Origin: an uncultured Desulfosarcina sp. | GTDB lineage: Bacteria; Desulfobacterota; Desulfobacteria; Desulfobacterales; Desulfosarcinaceae | NCBI GenBank assembly: GCA_963674945.2 | Contig: CAXXWQ010000002.1 | Coordinates: forward strand, 480,001 to 544,000 | Reading direction: 5' to 3' | DNA: 64,000 nucleotides | Shown: positions 30,197-40,028 of the stretch, one piece after another | Layout of the letters: each line of letters begins with the position of its first letter | How positions within the stretch are numbered: position 1 is the stretch's first letter | Made by a program: the position numbers and the translations under genes | The notes under the pieces: generated by a model | The model's database searches: none | Told to the model about the DNA's origin: nothing | What the model saw: the letters and a program-made list of their open reading frames with translations, nothing else

Positions 30197-30331
30197 TTTT
30201 GAGTTGGTGTATACAGCAATACGGTCTTTCATACAAGTGTCGATACCGACCCCCTACCGGTTGTTGTCGATGGTGTGACAACAACATATATCTTGCGATT
30301 TTATCCGTATTATGCTAGTGAAACGTACACC

Positions 30332-30664
30332 ATGAAACAATATGTGATAGACGAAATCCGTCCTCAAGACTATCAGAAGGTAAAAAAATACCTGGACGAG
30401 ACCCTTGGAGATTCGGGAGTCGATGGGGTGTACTGGCTTCCGGTGGAAGAAGAGATGCTTTCCGCGGCGCAAACGGCGCACCGCTCGTGCGCTCCCTTTT
30501 ACATGGCACTGGAGCTGGAAGAGGGTCGCCTGTCCGGGGAGTTTTTGGTTCGAACCAAGAGCCGTGTTCGTTGCGACTGTATCCGATATGCCGATGTGCG
30601 TCAGCGGGAGTGGCTGATCCGAACTGTCGACGCCATATTTGAGAAACTGGAAATCATTACCTAA
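30332..30664 (+). CDS. hypothetical protein
   Basis: MKQYVIDEIRP...HRSCAPFY...RVRCDCIRYA; first gene of the plsC-rnj run. Confidence 0.7.
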   Translation: MKQYVIDEIRPQDYQKVKKYLDETLGDSGVDGVYWLPVEEEMLSAAQTAHRSCAPFYMALELEEGRLSGEFLVRTKSRVRCDCIRYADVRQREWLIRTVDAIFEKLEIIT

Positions 30665-30685
30665 TTCGTCACAGTCTTTTTGTCC

Positions 30686-31423
30686 ATGCTAAAATCTTTC
30701 CAATACCTTGTGATGACCGTCATTATTCTCCTTTGGACCATTCTTGCAACGGTCATTGTCGGGATTATCGTCATCATCGTTTCCTTTTTCAGCAAAACGG
30801 GTAACGTCCCGCACCTGTTGGCGCGGTTTTGGGCCAACTCCATCCTGTGGATCGGCGGGGTCAAAGTGAAGGTCCACGGCGCGGAAAAGTTGGATCCAAC
30901 GCGATCCTTCATATACATGGCCAACCACCAGAGCAATGCCGATATTCCCGTTGCGCTGGGGCGACTTCCCGTCCAGTTCCGTTGGCTGGCCAAGGAGGAA
31001 CTGTTCAAGATTCCCCTCTTCGGCCGTGCCATGCGGGGGGTCGGTTATATCAGCATCGATCGTTCCAACCGAAAAAAGGCCTTCGAAAGCCTGAAACGGG
31101 CGGCCGAGACCATTCGAAACGGCACCAGCGTGCTGATCTTTCCGGAAGGGACACGCAGTCCGGATGGCCGGATTCTGCCTTTCAAGAAGGGGGGATTCAT
31201 CCTCGCCGTGGATTCGGGCGTTCCCATCGTGCCCATCATCATCCACGGAACGCGGAAGATCATCCCCAAAGGGCATTTCTTGATTCGTCCAGCCCCCATC
31301 GTCATCCAGATTCTGGATCCGGTGGAAACGGCCGGCTACACCCGAAAAAACAAGGATGCCCTGCTTGAAACGATTCGAACCATTTTCATCGATAATTTCG
31401 AAAGCGATGAACGGAGCGTCTAA
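30686..31423 (+). CDS. plsC: 1-acyl-sn-glycerol-3-phosphate acyltransferase
   Basis: NHQSNAD, LAKEEL, IDRSNR, IFPEGTRS, FKKGGF. Confidence 0.92.
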   Translation: MLKSFQYLVMTVIILLWTILATVIVGIIVIIVSFFSKTGNVPHLLARFWANSILWIGGVKVKVHGAEKLDPTRSFIYMANHQSNADIPVALGRLPVQFRWLAKEELFKIPLFGRAMRGVGYISIDRSNRKKAFESLKRAAETIRNGTSVLIFPEGTRSPDGRILPFKKGGFILAVDSGVPIVPIIIHGTRKIIPKGHFLIRPAPIVIQILDPVETAGYTRKNKDALLETIRTIFIDNFESDERSV

Positions 31424-31426
31424 GCC

Positions 31427-33076
31427 ATGCTGAAACTCATTCCACTGGGCGGTCTGGGTGAGATCGGCTTGAACATGATGGTGGTGGAATACGCGGACAC
31501 CATCTTCGTCATCGATGCGGGCATCATGTTTCCCGAAGCGTACATGCTGGGCGTGGATTATGTCATTCCCGACATGGAGTACCTGCGGCAAAACCGCAAC
31601 CGGATTTCCGGCGTGATCCTCACACACGCCCACGAGGATCACATCGGCGCCCTGCCCTTTCTGCTCAGGGAGATCAACGTTCCGGTCTTCGGCACCCCCT
31701 TCACGCTGGGTATCGTTCGGCACAAGCTGGAAGAGTACGAACTTCTGGCCACTGCATCCCTTCACGAGGTGAGGCCGCGGGAGCGGTTGAAGATGGGGCC
31801 CTTCGAGGTGGAATTCATCCGGGTCAATCACAGTGTGGTGGACGGTGTGGGGCTGGCCATCTATACGCCCGTGGGGCTCGTGGTGCATACCGGCGACTTT
31901 AAGATGAGTCAGACGATCATAGACGGGATGATCACCGATGTGAACCGCTTTGCCCAGTGCGGCGACGAAGGGGTACTGGTCCTGCTCTCCGATTCCACCA
32001 ATGTGGAGAAGGAGGGACATACCATCTCCGCCCAGGAGATCGGCAAGGAACTGGCCAGAATCGTCGACGATGCCACCGGCCGCGTGATCGTCGCCCTTTT
32101 CGCCTCCAACATCACGCGCATTCAGCAGATCGTCAATATCGCCAAGGCACGAAATCGAAAGATCGTCTTCAATGGGCGAAGCATCGAGGTGAGCGTGGCC
32201 ATCGCCCGAAAACTGGGATACCTCACCATTCCCGAATCCATGGAGATCGATATCGAAGAGGTCAACACCTATCCGGACGACGAGATCGTCATGATCACCA
32301 CGGGGAGCCAGGGCGAACCCATGTCCGCCCTGGCGCGCATGTCCGCCGGTACACACAAGCAGATCAAGATTCATCACGACGACAAGGTGATTCTCTCTTC
32401 GAAATTCATTCCGGGAAACGAGAAGGCCATCGCCAACATCATCAATAACCTCTACCGCAGGGGTGCCGACGTGGTCTATGAAAAGATATCCAACATCCAC
32501 GTATCCGGTCATGCCTTCCGGGAAGAGCTGAAGATGATGATCAACCTGACCAAACCCAAGTTTTTCATGCCCGTTCACGGCGAATACCGGCACCTGGTGT
32601 TGCATACCCGGTTGGCCCAGGAGACGGGAATTTCCCACGATCGACTGATTCTGGCCCAAAACGGCCAGATGATCGAGTTGAACCAGGGACGTTTCGAGAT
32701 CCGTAAAGGAATTGCTGCCGGTCGTGTCCTCATCGACGGCAAGGGAATCGGCGATGTGGGCCGAAGCGTCCTCAAAGAGCGTCGCATTCTCTCCGAGGAG
32801 GGACTGGTGGTGGTGAACATGGCCTTCGACGAAGAGACCGGCATCGTGGTGTACGGCCCGGACATCGTATCCCGTGGGTTTGTCTTCGAAACGGAGACCG
32901 GTCACCTGTTACAGGATGCCCAGTGCGTCATTCTTGAAATCGTCGAGGATATTACACCGGACGTGCCCAACCGGGTGGATCTTATTCGAAGGCGCCTCCA
33001 GACGGCCCTTAGACAGTATTTTTTCTTTGCCATCGGTCGCAGGCCGGTTATACTCCCCTTTTTGGTGGAGGTCTGA
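31427..33076 (+). CDS. rnj: ribonuclease J
   Basis: PLGGLGEIGLNM, THAHEDHIG, HTGDFK, GSQGEPMSAL, HVSGHA, PVHGEYR. Confidence 0.96.
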   Translation: MLKLIPLGGLGEIGLNMMVVEYADTIFVIDAGIMFPEAYMLGVDYVIPDMEYLRQNRNRISGVILTHAHEDHIGALPFLLREINVPVFGTPFTLGIVRHKLEEYELLATASLHEVRPRERLKMGPFEVEFIRVNHSVVDGVGLAIYTPVGLVVHTGDFKMSQTIIDGMITDVNRFAQCGDEGVLVLLSDSTNVEKEGHTISAQEIGKELARIVDDATGRVIVALFASNITRIQQIVNIAKARNRKIVFNGRSIEVSVAIARKLGYLTIPESMEIDIEEVNTYPDDEIVMITTGSQGEPMSALARMSAGTHKQIKIHHDDKVILSSKFIPGNEKAIANIINNLYRRGADVVYEKISNIHVSGHAFREELKMMINLTKPKFFMPVHGEYRHLVLHTRLAQETGISHDRLILAQNGQMIELNQGRFEIRKGIAAGRVLIDGKGIGDVGRSVLKERRILSEEGLVVVNMAFDEETGIVVYGPDIVSRGFVFETETGHLLQDAQCVILEIVEDITPDVPNRVDLIRRRLQTALRQYFFFAIGRRPVILPFLVEV

Positions 33077-33078
33077 CG

Positions 33079-33221
33079 AGTGCTCATCCAGAAATGGCCA
33101 ATTTGCCCGATATCTTCGTTGCGCGAAAAATTTTATCCTAGGAATATTACACATATGCCTGTGGTAAAATTTTTCGTGCGCCTTGATCTCGACCAAATTT
33201 TCCTATTTCTGGACGAACACT
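33079..33221. repeat. dispersed palindromic element, type C copy 1
   Basis: TIR AGTGCTCATCCAGAAATGG / CTATTTCTGGACGAACACT; inverted homolog at 36743-36935. Confidence 0.85.
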
Positions 33222-33240
33222 AACGAGTTTTCGTGGACCT

Positions 33241-35412
33241 ATGAAAAAAGAAATCATCGGCATCCTTTTTTTCTTCATGGTCGTCTTCAGCCTGATCAGT
33301 TTGCTCTCCTTTGATCCGGAAGATCCCTGTCTTTTTTTCAATGCCGGATCGGGGGCCACGGTTCACAATCTCTTCGGTGTCTTCGGTGCCAATTTTGCCG
33401 GTATTCTCGTGGGATTGTTCGGTATCGGCGCATTCTGGATCCCGTTCCTCAGCCTGTTGGGCAGCATTCTCTTTTTCGGCAAGTCGCCGGGTCCTGCACT
33501 TCTCCCATTGACCGCCGGCGGTTTCCTGTTGATCGTCACCACCGGCAGCCTGCTGGCTTTGCGGCAGGACCACTATGCAATTTTCGGAAGCGCCTTCAGC
33601 GCCGGCGGAATCGTCGGTTCCTCTTTGGGCGCCTTTATCGTTCACTACACCAATCCCGCCGGCGGGTCCATCATTCTGCTGCTCTCCTGGCTTATCGGAT
33701 TTATCCTGGCCACCGGCTTTTCCGTGGTGGCGTTTTACCGTCGCATCAAGGTAGCCAATGCGGCGCTGTTCGAACGAATCGCCACAATCGTGATCAAATG
33801 GAAAGAGCGTCGCCAAAAGAGCCGCAAGCGTAAAAAAATCCTTCAGTCCGAGAAAAAGCGAAAGAAGGAGAAGGTGGAGATCAAGACACCCGAGGCCAAA
33901 CCGGTTCCCAATAAACCGGTTCCCAAGCAAGCCGTTTTCGATTTCATGAAGGATGATTCGGCCTTTTCTTTACCATCGGTCAACTTCCTGGATGATCCCA
34001 AGGCCCGCCCCCAATCCACCAGCAATGAAAACCTTCGCATGCAGTCCCGTCTCCTGGAAAAGAAGCTGGAGGATTTCGGCGTACACGGAAAGGTGGTGGC
34101 CGTAACACCGGGACCGGTGATCACCACCTTCGAGTATGAACCTGCCCCGGGTGTCAAGATCAACCGCGTGGTCAATCTGACCGACGACCTGGCCCTGGCA
34201 CTTCGCGCCATCAGCATCCGGATTGTAGCGCCCATACCGGGCAAGGCGGTCATCGGCGTGGAGATTCCCAATACCGACCGGGAAACGGTACGTTTCAAGG
34301 AGATGATCCTCTCCGATTCCTTCGAAAAAGCGGACAGTACACTGACGTTGTGTCTGGGAAAGGACATCGTGGGCAATCCGGTTTCGGCGGGGTTGGAAAA
34401 AATGCCTCACCTGCTCATCGCCGGCGCTACGGGAGCGGGAAAAAGCGTGGCCCTGAACACCATGATCTGCAGCCTCCTCTACAAGCTTACCCCGGAACAG
34501 GTGAAACTCATCATGGTGGACCCCAAACGCATCGAGCTTTCCATGTATGACGGCATCCCCCACCTGATCACGCCGGTGGTCACCGACGCGAAAAAGGCCA
34601 CCAACGCCCTGTTTTGGGCCGTCAAGGAGATGGAACACCGATACGAGCTGCTCTCTGCGATGAAGACGCGCAACGTCGGCCAGTACAATCGAAAGATGAA
34701 AAAATCACCGCCCCCGGCGCCGGCCGAAGGTGAGGCGGCACCCATCGAAATGCCGACCCATTTGCCGTATATCGTCATCATCATCGACGAGTTGGCCGAT
34801 CTCATGATGGTCGCATCCCGAGACGTGGAGGTGGCCCTTACCCGGCTGGCCCAGATGGCCCGGGCCGCCGGCATTCACCTGATCCTGGCCACCCAGAGGC
34901 CGTCGGTGGACGTGCTCACCGGTATCATCAAGGCCAACTTTCCCACTCGTTTGACCTTCCAGGTCTCCTCCAAGACCGATTCGCGCACCATCATCGACAC
35001 CAACGGCGCAGAGAGTCTGCTGGGAATGGGGGACATGCTTTTCCTTCCACCGGGAACCGGACGCCTTCAGCGCATCCACGGCGCTTACATCAGCGAGGCG
35101 GAGCTTTCCCGTGTCACGGAGTTTTTGAAAAAACAGCAGCGTCCCGACTATGACAGGAGTATCGTCCAGACCCCAGTAAAAGAGGAGCAGGAGGAAGGGG
35201 AAAAAGAGTACGATTCCCGCTACGACGATGCGGTGGCACTGGTCACCCAGGCAGGCCAGGCCTCCATTTCCATGGTGCAGCGACACCTTCGCATCGGATA
35301 CAACCGGGCCGCGCGGATCATCGAGATGATGGAACAAGAAGGTGTCATCGGTCCCCAGGACGGGGTGAAGCCGAGGGAGGTGTTAGTAAGATCAAACTAC
35401 GACACCCCTTGA
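33241..35412 (+). CDS. ftsK: DNA translocase FtsK
   Basis: 4TM N-terminus, PHLLIAGATGAGKS, IIDELADLMM, LATQRPSVDV, gamma domain QRHLRIGYNRAARI. Confidence 0.96.
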   Translation: MKKEIIGILFFFMVVFSLISLLSFDPEDPCLFFNAGSGATVHNLFGVFGANFAGILVGLFGIGAFWIPFLSLLGSILFFGKSPGPALLPLTAGGFLLIVTTGSLLALRQDHYAIFGSAFSAGGIVGSSLGAFIVHYTNPAGGSIILLLSWLIGFILATGFSVVAFYRRIKVANAALFERIATIVIKWKERRQKSRKRKKILQSEKKRKKEKVEIKTPEAKPVPNKPVPKQAVFDFMKDDSAFSLPSVNFLDDPKARPQSTSNENLRMQSRLLEKKLEDFGVHGKVVAVTPGPVITTFEYEPAPGVKINRVVNLTDDLALALRAISIRIVAPIPGKAVIGVEIPNTDRETVRFKEMILSDSFEKADSTLTLCLGKDIVGNPVSAGLEKMPHLLIAGATGAGKSVALNTMICSLLYKLTPEQVKLIMVDPKRIELSMYDGIPHLITPVVTDAKKATNALFWAVKEMEHRYELLSAMKTRNVGQYNRKMKKSPPPAPAEGEAAPIEMPTHLPYIVIIIDELADLMMVASRDVEVALTRLAQMARAAGIHLILATQRPSVDVLTGIIKANFPTRLTFQVSSKTDSRTIIDTNGAESLLGMGDMLFLPPGTGRLQRIHGAYISEAELSRVTEFLKKQQRPDYDRSIVQTPVKEEQEEGEKEYDSRYDDAVALVTQAGQASISMVQRHLRIGYNRAARIIEMMEQEGVIGPQDGVKPREVLVRSNYDTP

Positions 35413-35556
35413 CGATAGTCCCCAAAACGGCGCCTTGCGGCCCAGATCTTCGTTCTCAAAATTTTCAAGTCCTCAACGTAGCGCTGCTACGCCTGCGGCT
35501 TAAAAATTTCTGCGGCCTCGATCTGAACCACAATTCACCATTTTGTGAACTATCGT
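35412..35556. repeat. dispersed palindromic element, type D copy 1
   Basis: TIR ACGATAGTCCCCAAAACGG / CCATTTTGTGAACTATCGT; core TCCTCAACGTAGCGCTGCTACGCCT shared with 57075-57215. Confidence 0.8.
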
Positions 35557-35671
35557 ATTGTATCGTAAATTTGGCCTGCCATTTCTTAAGGAAAACGGGC
35601 AGAATCACGACGTATTGAAGAATTGTGGTGCGTCAACTATTAATAAAATTCAAAATATTGCATCAGTACAT

Positions 35672-35694
35672 GTAGGAGCGGGCCATGCCCGCGA
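35672..35694 (+). repeat. GTAG-type REP sequence (single copy here)
   Basis: GTAG-GA-GCGGGC-CAT-GCCCGC-GA: GTAG tetranucleotide followed by a GC-rich palindrome. Confidence 0.6.
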
Positions 35695-35702
35695 TTTTTT
35701 TA

Positions 35703-35808
35703 TAAAAAGCTTTTCCCATTGAATTCGTCTGCAAATAATGGAAGGATGAATTCCTATCGTATTATTGTTTGGCCATATTTGGCCTGGAAAAGCTTTTTAC
35801 GATGGGCG
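35703..35808. repeat. dispersed element, type B copy 3 (inverted)
   Basis: 35764-35790 is the exact reverse complement of 41639-41665; TAAAAAGCTTTTCC / GGAAAAGCTTTTTA arms. Confidence 0.8.
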
Positions 35809-35835
35809 AAATTTTGTAACCGGAGACCACTATCC

Positions 35836-36462
35836 ATGATTCCTGACCAAGCGTTTGTCGATACAATCAAGGGCTTTCTGGATCCCGAAGAGGGAAGAGG
35901 GCTTTACGATTTTGCATTGAAGGCGTCGACAATGGGCCCATGCCTGGAGATTGGCAGCTACTGCGGTAAGTCGGCCGTTTACCTGGGGTGTGCCTGCAGG
36001 GAAAACAACGCCACTTTGTTTTCCATCGACCACCATCGCGGCTCCGAGGAGCAGCAGCCCGGAGAAGAGTACTTCGATGCCTCTCTTCTGGATTTCTCGA
36101 CCCTTTCCCCGAACACCCTCCCGCTCTTTCGACAGACGCTGGAACGTGCCGGGCTGGAGGAGACGGTGATTCCTGTGGTCAGTCGTTCGGACGTCGTGGC
36201 CAGAAACTGGGCCTCACCGCTGTCACTGGTCTTCATCGACGGCGGCCATGCATTCGATACCGCTCTTTCGGATTATGAGTGCTGGTCCGATCATATCCTT
36301 CCCGGCGGCTTTCTATTGATACACGATCTTTTTGAAAATCCCGAGGATGGCGGCCAGGCGCCCTTTGAGGTTCACCAGATCGCCCTTGCCTCCGGACGTT
36401 TTGAGGTCGTCTCCCGTATCAAATCCCTTGGAGCCTTGCGGCGGAAGCAGGATCCGGTGTAA
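35836..36462 (+). CDS. class I SAM-dependent methyltransferase
   Basis: LEIGSYCGKS, SIDHH, LVFIDGGH, PGGFLLIHD; start MIPDQ at 35836 (GGAG RBS), the longer ORF start lies inside a repeat. Confidence 0.88.
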   Translation: MIPDQAFVDTIKGFLDPEEGRGLYDFALKASTMGPCLEIGSYCGKSAVYLGCACRENNATLFSIDHHRGSEEQQPGEEYFDASLLDFSTLSPNTLPLFRQTLERAGLEETVIPVVSRSDVVARNWASPLSLVFIDGGHAFDTALSDYECWSDHILPGGFLLIHDLFENPEDGGQAPFEVHQIALASGRFEVVSRIKSLGALRRKQDPV

Positions 36463-36491
36463 AGCGGCGAAGATGCGGTGTTGGAAAGTGA

Positions 36492-36571
36492 GAGACGAAG
36501 GACGATTGGAAGAGGGATGAAAAAGCAATGCCTGTATCGTCCCTCGTCCCTCGTCCCGCATCCTTCGTCCT
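36492..36571. repeat. heptamer-repeat hairpin, probable terminator
   Basis: (TCGTCCC)3-GCATCCT-TCGTCCT at 36537-36571 with complementary GAGACGA/AGGACGA/GGGATGA units upstream. Confidence 0.65.
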
Positions 36572-36742
36572 TCTTGTTCTCAATTAAATTGGTCACGAAC
36601 TTAAAAATAAGCGATGTCCAAATGCATTCTCCCATGGCGGCAATGGGACTATGTGTTGTAGCAAGATGAAAAATCCGATATAGTTGATTTTAAATTGCCG
36701 ATTTTGGTTCCGACAAACTGTTTCAAGACTGGACATTTAACG

Positions 36743-36935
36743 GCGTTCGTCCAGAAATAGGAAAATTTGGTCGAGATTGAGGCGCCCGACCAATTTTATC
36801 TCGGGTTTTGCCGGAAGTGCCCGAAGGAAATCCCCTCGGGGTGCATATGGTTGATATTCCGAGGATACAATTTTTCGCGCAACGTGGATATCGGCCAAAG
36901 CTAAGATTGGCTTGGCCATTTCTGGATGGTGCACT
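36743..36935. repeat. dispersed palindromic element, type C copy 2 (inverted, with insertions)
   Basis: GTTCGTCCAGAAATAGGAAAATTTGGTCGAGAT is the reverse complement of the right end of 33079-33221; ends GCCATTTCTGGATG. Confidence 0.85.
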
Positions 36936-36950
36936 AAGGATCGATTGGCC

Positions 36951-37409
36951 ATGGCCCAGTGGAACATGCCCGTACAACCCGATGAATTGCTCTACGCGCT
37001 GAAAGTGGGGAATGCGGCGGCATTGAATCAGATGCCCCTGTCCCACTTGCCGGGCCAGGGACTGGAATTGGTGGATGAGGATACCGGTCAGGTCCAGACG
37101 GTCCGCTTTGCCGACAACGCCGTCAACCGGTTCGGCGCGGCGATCGCCCGGGAGTTCGACAATATGGGATCCAAGTTTTTTTCGTTGATGACCCGTATCG
37201 GTGCGCTGATGCGACTTCTCGAGGATGAACGGGCCAAGCCCTACGTCCAGTCGGAGGGAGAATACACCAGGATTCGAAACGCAATGATCGAGGCCATGGC
37301 ATCCTTTCCCATCTCATCGGATGGGTTCATGGATGTGGATCGATTCTTCACGCTTCTTGCGCATTCCAAAGACGACCTCATCTCGCCAACCGCCAATTTT
37401 CAACACTGA
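36951..37409 (+). CDS. hypothetical protein
   Basis: 152-aa ORF from MAQWNMP (AAGGA upstream); no recognisable motif; converges on the NuoG-N-like gene. Confidence 0.6.
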   Translation: MAQWNMPVQPDELLYALKVGNAAALNQMPLSHLPGQGLELVDEDTGQVQTVRFADNAVNRFGAAIAREFDNMGSKFFSLMTRIGALMRLLEDERAKPYVQSEGEYTRIRNAMIEAMASFPISSDGFMDVDRFFTLLAHSKDDLISPTANFQH

Positions 37410-38092
37410 TCGCCTGCCGCCTGCTTTCGAACCTGATCCGAGGCGGTGGCGTCGGACCGGATCACGATTGCCCCCGTGGGACAAGCCGTAAGGCAGGCCT
37501 TGCATGAAAGGCATCTTTCGGTTGCGTCCGGATCCGTTTCGAAAATTTCCATACGGGTATCGAATCCACGGCCGGTGAAACCAAAGGGCGTTTGTCCATG
37601 ACGTGCCCGGCAGACCCGTATGCAGATACCGCATAGTACGCACCGGTTCGGAAAGTGGTCGAATACCGGATGCCGGCTGTCCACTTCCGGCTCTTTCAGC
37701 ACCTGTTGAAACGGTTTGCAGGAAAGCCCCGCGCCGAGAAATCTGGCGATCGTCTGCAGGCCGCAAGCCCTGTTGGCCGGGCATTGTTTGCATTCCACCC
37801 GGTGGACGGAGAGCAACAGTTTGAGGCCTGTCTTTTGAAGATCGCGAACCCGCTTCGTGTCGGTGGTAATCCGCAACCCGTTTTCCACGGTTACCGTACA
37901 CGCCGTGACGGGATCCTTATAGCCGTCGATTTCCACGAAGCAGAGACGGCAGGCGGCGGGTGCCTCATCCGGTGGCTCCGTTTCCAGCCAGCACAAATGC
38001 GGAATATAGATTCCTGCGGACAGGCAGGCCGTGAGCACGCTGACGCCCGGGGAGGCATGGATCGCTTCATTGTCTACGGTGAGTTGGATCAT
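37400..38092 (-). CDS. NuoG/HydA N-terminal-like iron-sulfur protein without catalytic domain (HoxU/BamI-like)
   Basis: IPHLC...CRLC...TAC [2Fe-2S]; HRVECKQCPANRAC His-ligated [4Fe-4S]; CVLCGICIRVC and CLSCKACLTACP; ends shortly after. Confidence 0.88.
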   Translation of the reverse strand: MIQLTVDNEAIHASPGVSVLTACLSAGIYIPHLCWLETEPPDEAPAACRLCFVEIDGYKDPVTACTVTVENGLRITTDTKRVRDLQKTGLKLLLSVHRVECKQCPANRACGLQTIARFLGAGLSCKPFQQVLKEPEVDSRHPVFDHFPNRCVLCGICIRVCRARHGQTPFGFTGRGFDTRMEIFETDPDATERCLSCKACLTACPTGAIVIRSDATASDQVRKQAAGDQC

Positions 38093-40028
38093 GGTTTTTT
38101 CCCACGGGCCGCTCGACGATGGGTGCCAGATGGGGTGGTGACACCTTGACTACGGCGTCATACTCCGGCGGGCAGGCCACCATGCATTCGCCGCACTTGA
38201 CGCAAAGCTGTTGGTCGATGCCCTTCTTTCGGGTGCTGGTGGTAAACACCGCCTCCACCGGGCAACATCCGACGCAGGCATCGCATCCCCGGGCGCATTT
38301 TTCGAGGTCGATGTAAAATGCGGTCAGGGCCCGACAACTGCGGCCCGGACACCTTCCCTCCTGGATGTGGGCTTCATATTCGTCCGCAAAATAGGCCAGG
38401 GAGGTGAGGATGGGGTTGGTCGCCGTCTTTCCCAATCCGCACAAGGAGCCCTCTTTCACGAATTTGCTCAAGGTTTTAAGCTGCGCCACATCCCCATCCC
38501 GGCCTTCTCCACGGGTCAGCCGCTGCAAAATGTCCAAAAGGTGTCGGGTGCCGATGCGGCAGAAGGTGCATTTGCCGCAGGATTCCTTTTGGGTGAAATC
38601 CAGAAAATAGCGGGAGACATCCACCATGCAGGCGTCTTCGTCCATCACTACCATGCCGCCGGATCCCATCATGGCACCGGCTTTGATCAGGGCGTCGAAG
38701 TCCACTTTCGTGTCCAGAAAATCGGCGGACAGGCAACCTCCCGACGGCCCGCCGATTTGAACTGCTTTGAATCGCTTCTTGTTGGGGATTCCCCCGCAGA
38801 TATCGAATATCAGTTCGCGCAGCGTCACCCCCATGGGAATTTCCACCAACCCCGGGTGGATCACGGCTCCCACCACGGAGAAGACCGCAGTACCAGGGCT
38901 GTCCGGCGTTCCGATGGTTCGAAACCAGTCGGCACCCTTATCCACGATGGGCCCGATGAAGGCCAGGGTCTTGACGTTATTGATGAGCGTGGGATTGCCG
39001 TTGAGTCCACGCTCAACGGGATAGGGGGGGCGGTGCCGGGGCATGCCCCGGTAACCCTCCACCGATCGGATGAGGGCGGTCTCCTCTCCGCAGACAAAAG
39101 CGCCGGATCCCTGGAACAGATCGATGTCGAAGTCGAAGCCGCTTTGTAAGATATCCTTTCCGAGAAGTCCTTTCTCATGGGCCTGGGCGATGGCGGTGGT
39201 AAGGATCCGGACGGCCAAAGGATACTCCGCCCGTACATAGATCAAGCCGCCCTTGGCGCCTGTGGCAACGCCGGCGATGATCATGCCTTCGATCACCTGG
39301 TGGGGGTTGCTCTCCAGCAATGTGCGGTCCATGTAGGCGCCGGGATCGCCTTCATCGGCGTTGCAGACAATTCGTTTGTCTTCGCCCGATGCATTCTGAA
39401 GCCCCCGCCACTTTCTGGCCGTGGGAAAACCGGCCCCGCCGCGCCCCCGAAGACCGGCGGTCTCGATTTGTTCGATGATTTCATCCGGTGTTCGGCAAAG
39501 GGCTTTTGCCAGTGCGCCATACCCGCCGTCGGCGATGTATTCATCGATCTTTTCCGGGTCGATTCGGCCGCATCGATCCATGATGATCCGTTTCTCCCGG
39601 TTAAATCGGTCAAACTCCATCACCGATGGAATCATTTCGTTTTCCACGGTCGCTCCCAGGACATGTTCGAACCGGGGATCGCCGTCTCCCAGAAACAATT
39701 TAACCAGCATCTTGGCTTTGCCCGGTGTCACTTCCGGGTAGAAAATCGGCGGAAAGCCCGAACTCGGATTGTCGATGATGACCACCGGCTCGGCGTAACA
39801 ATGGCCCACGCAGCCCACCGTGTGAACATGGGCGTCGATGTTTTGTTCGGCGAGGGCGGCCTCGAAAGCGGCTTTGGTCTCTATGGCGCCGGATGCGATG
39901 CCGCAGGTGGCCATGCCGATGTGAATCTTGGGCTTTTCACTTTGGTCGAAACGTTCCCTTTCGGCCCGTGCCGTCTGGGCGATCGTGTTATAAGCGGCCT
40001 CGATGCCGTTTTTTGTATCCTCGGTCAT
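38067..40028 (-). CDS. NuoF/HydB-like NAD(P)H:FMN subunit with N-terminal thioredoxin-like and C-terminal 2x[4Fe-4S] domains
   Basis: Start MTEDTK at 40028 overlaps upstream stop; LRGRGGAGF, CNADEGDPGAYMDR, CGEETAL, GGPSGG, ESCGKCTFCR, CARGCDACVGCCP, CVKCGECMVACP. Confidence 0.92.
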   Translation of the reverse strand: MTEDTKNGIEAAYNTIAQTARAERERFDQSEKPKIHIGMATCGIASGAIETKAAFEAALAEQNIDAHVHTVGCVGHCYAEPVVIIDNPSSGFPPIFYPEVTPGKAKMLVKLFLGDGDPRFEHVLGATVENEMIPSVMEFDRFNREKRIIMDRCGRIDPEKIDEYIADGGYGALAKALCRTPDEIIEQIETAGLRGRGGAGFPTARKWRGLQNASGEDKRIVCNADEGDPGAYMDRTLLESNPHQVIEGMIIAGVATGAKGGLIYVRAEYPLAVRILTTAIAQAHEKGLLGKDILQSGFDFDIDLFQGSGAFVCGEETALIRSVEGYRGMPRHRPPYPVERGLNGNPTLINNVKTLAFIGPIVDKGADWFRTIGTPDSPGTAVFSVVGAVIHPGLVEIPMGVTLRELIFDICGGIPNKKRFKAVQIGGPSGGCLSADFLDTKVDFDALIKAGAMMGSGGMVVMDEDACMVDVSRYFLDFTQKESCGKCTFCRIGTRHLLDILQRLTRGEGRDGDVAQLKTLSKFVKEGSLCGLGKTATNPILTSLAYFADEYEAHIQEGRCPGRSCRALTAFYIDLEKCARGCDACVGCCPVEAVFTTSTRKKGIDQQLCVKCGECMVACPPEYDAVVKVSPPHLAPIVERPVGKNHDPTHRRQ

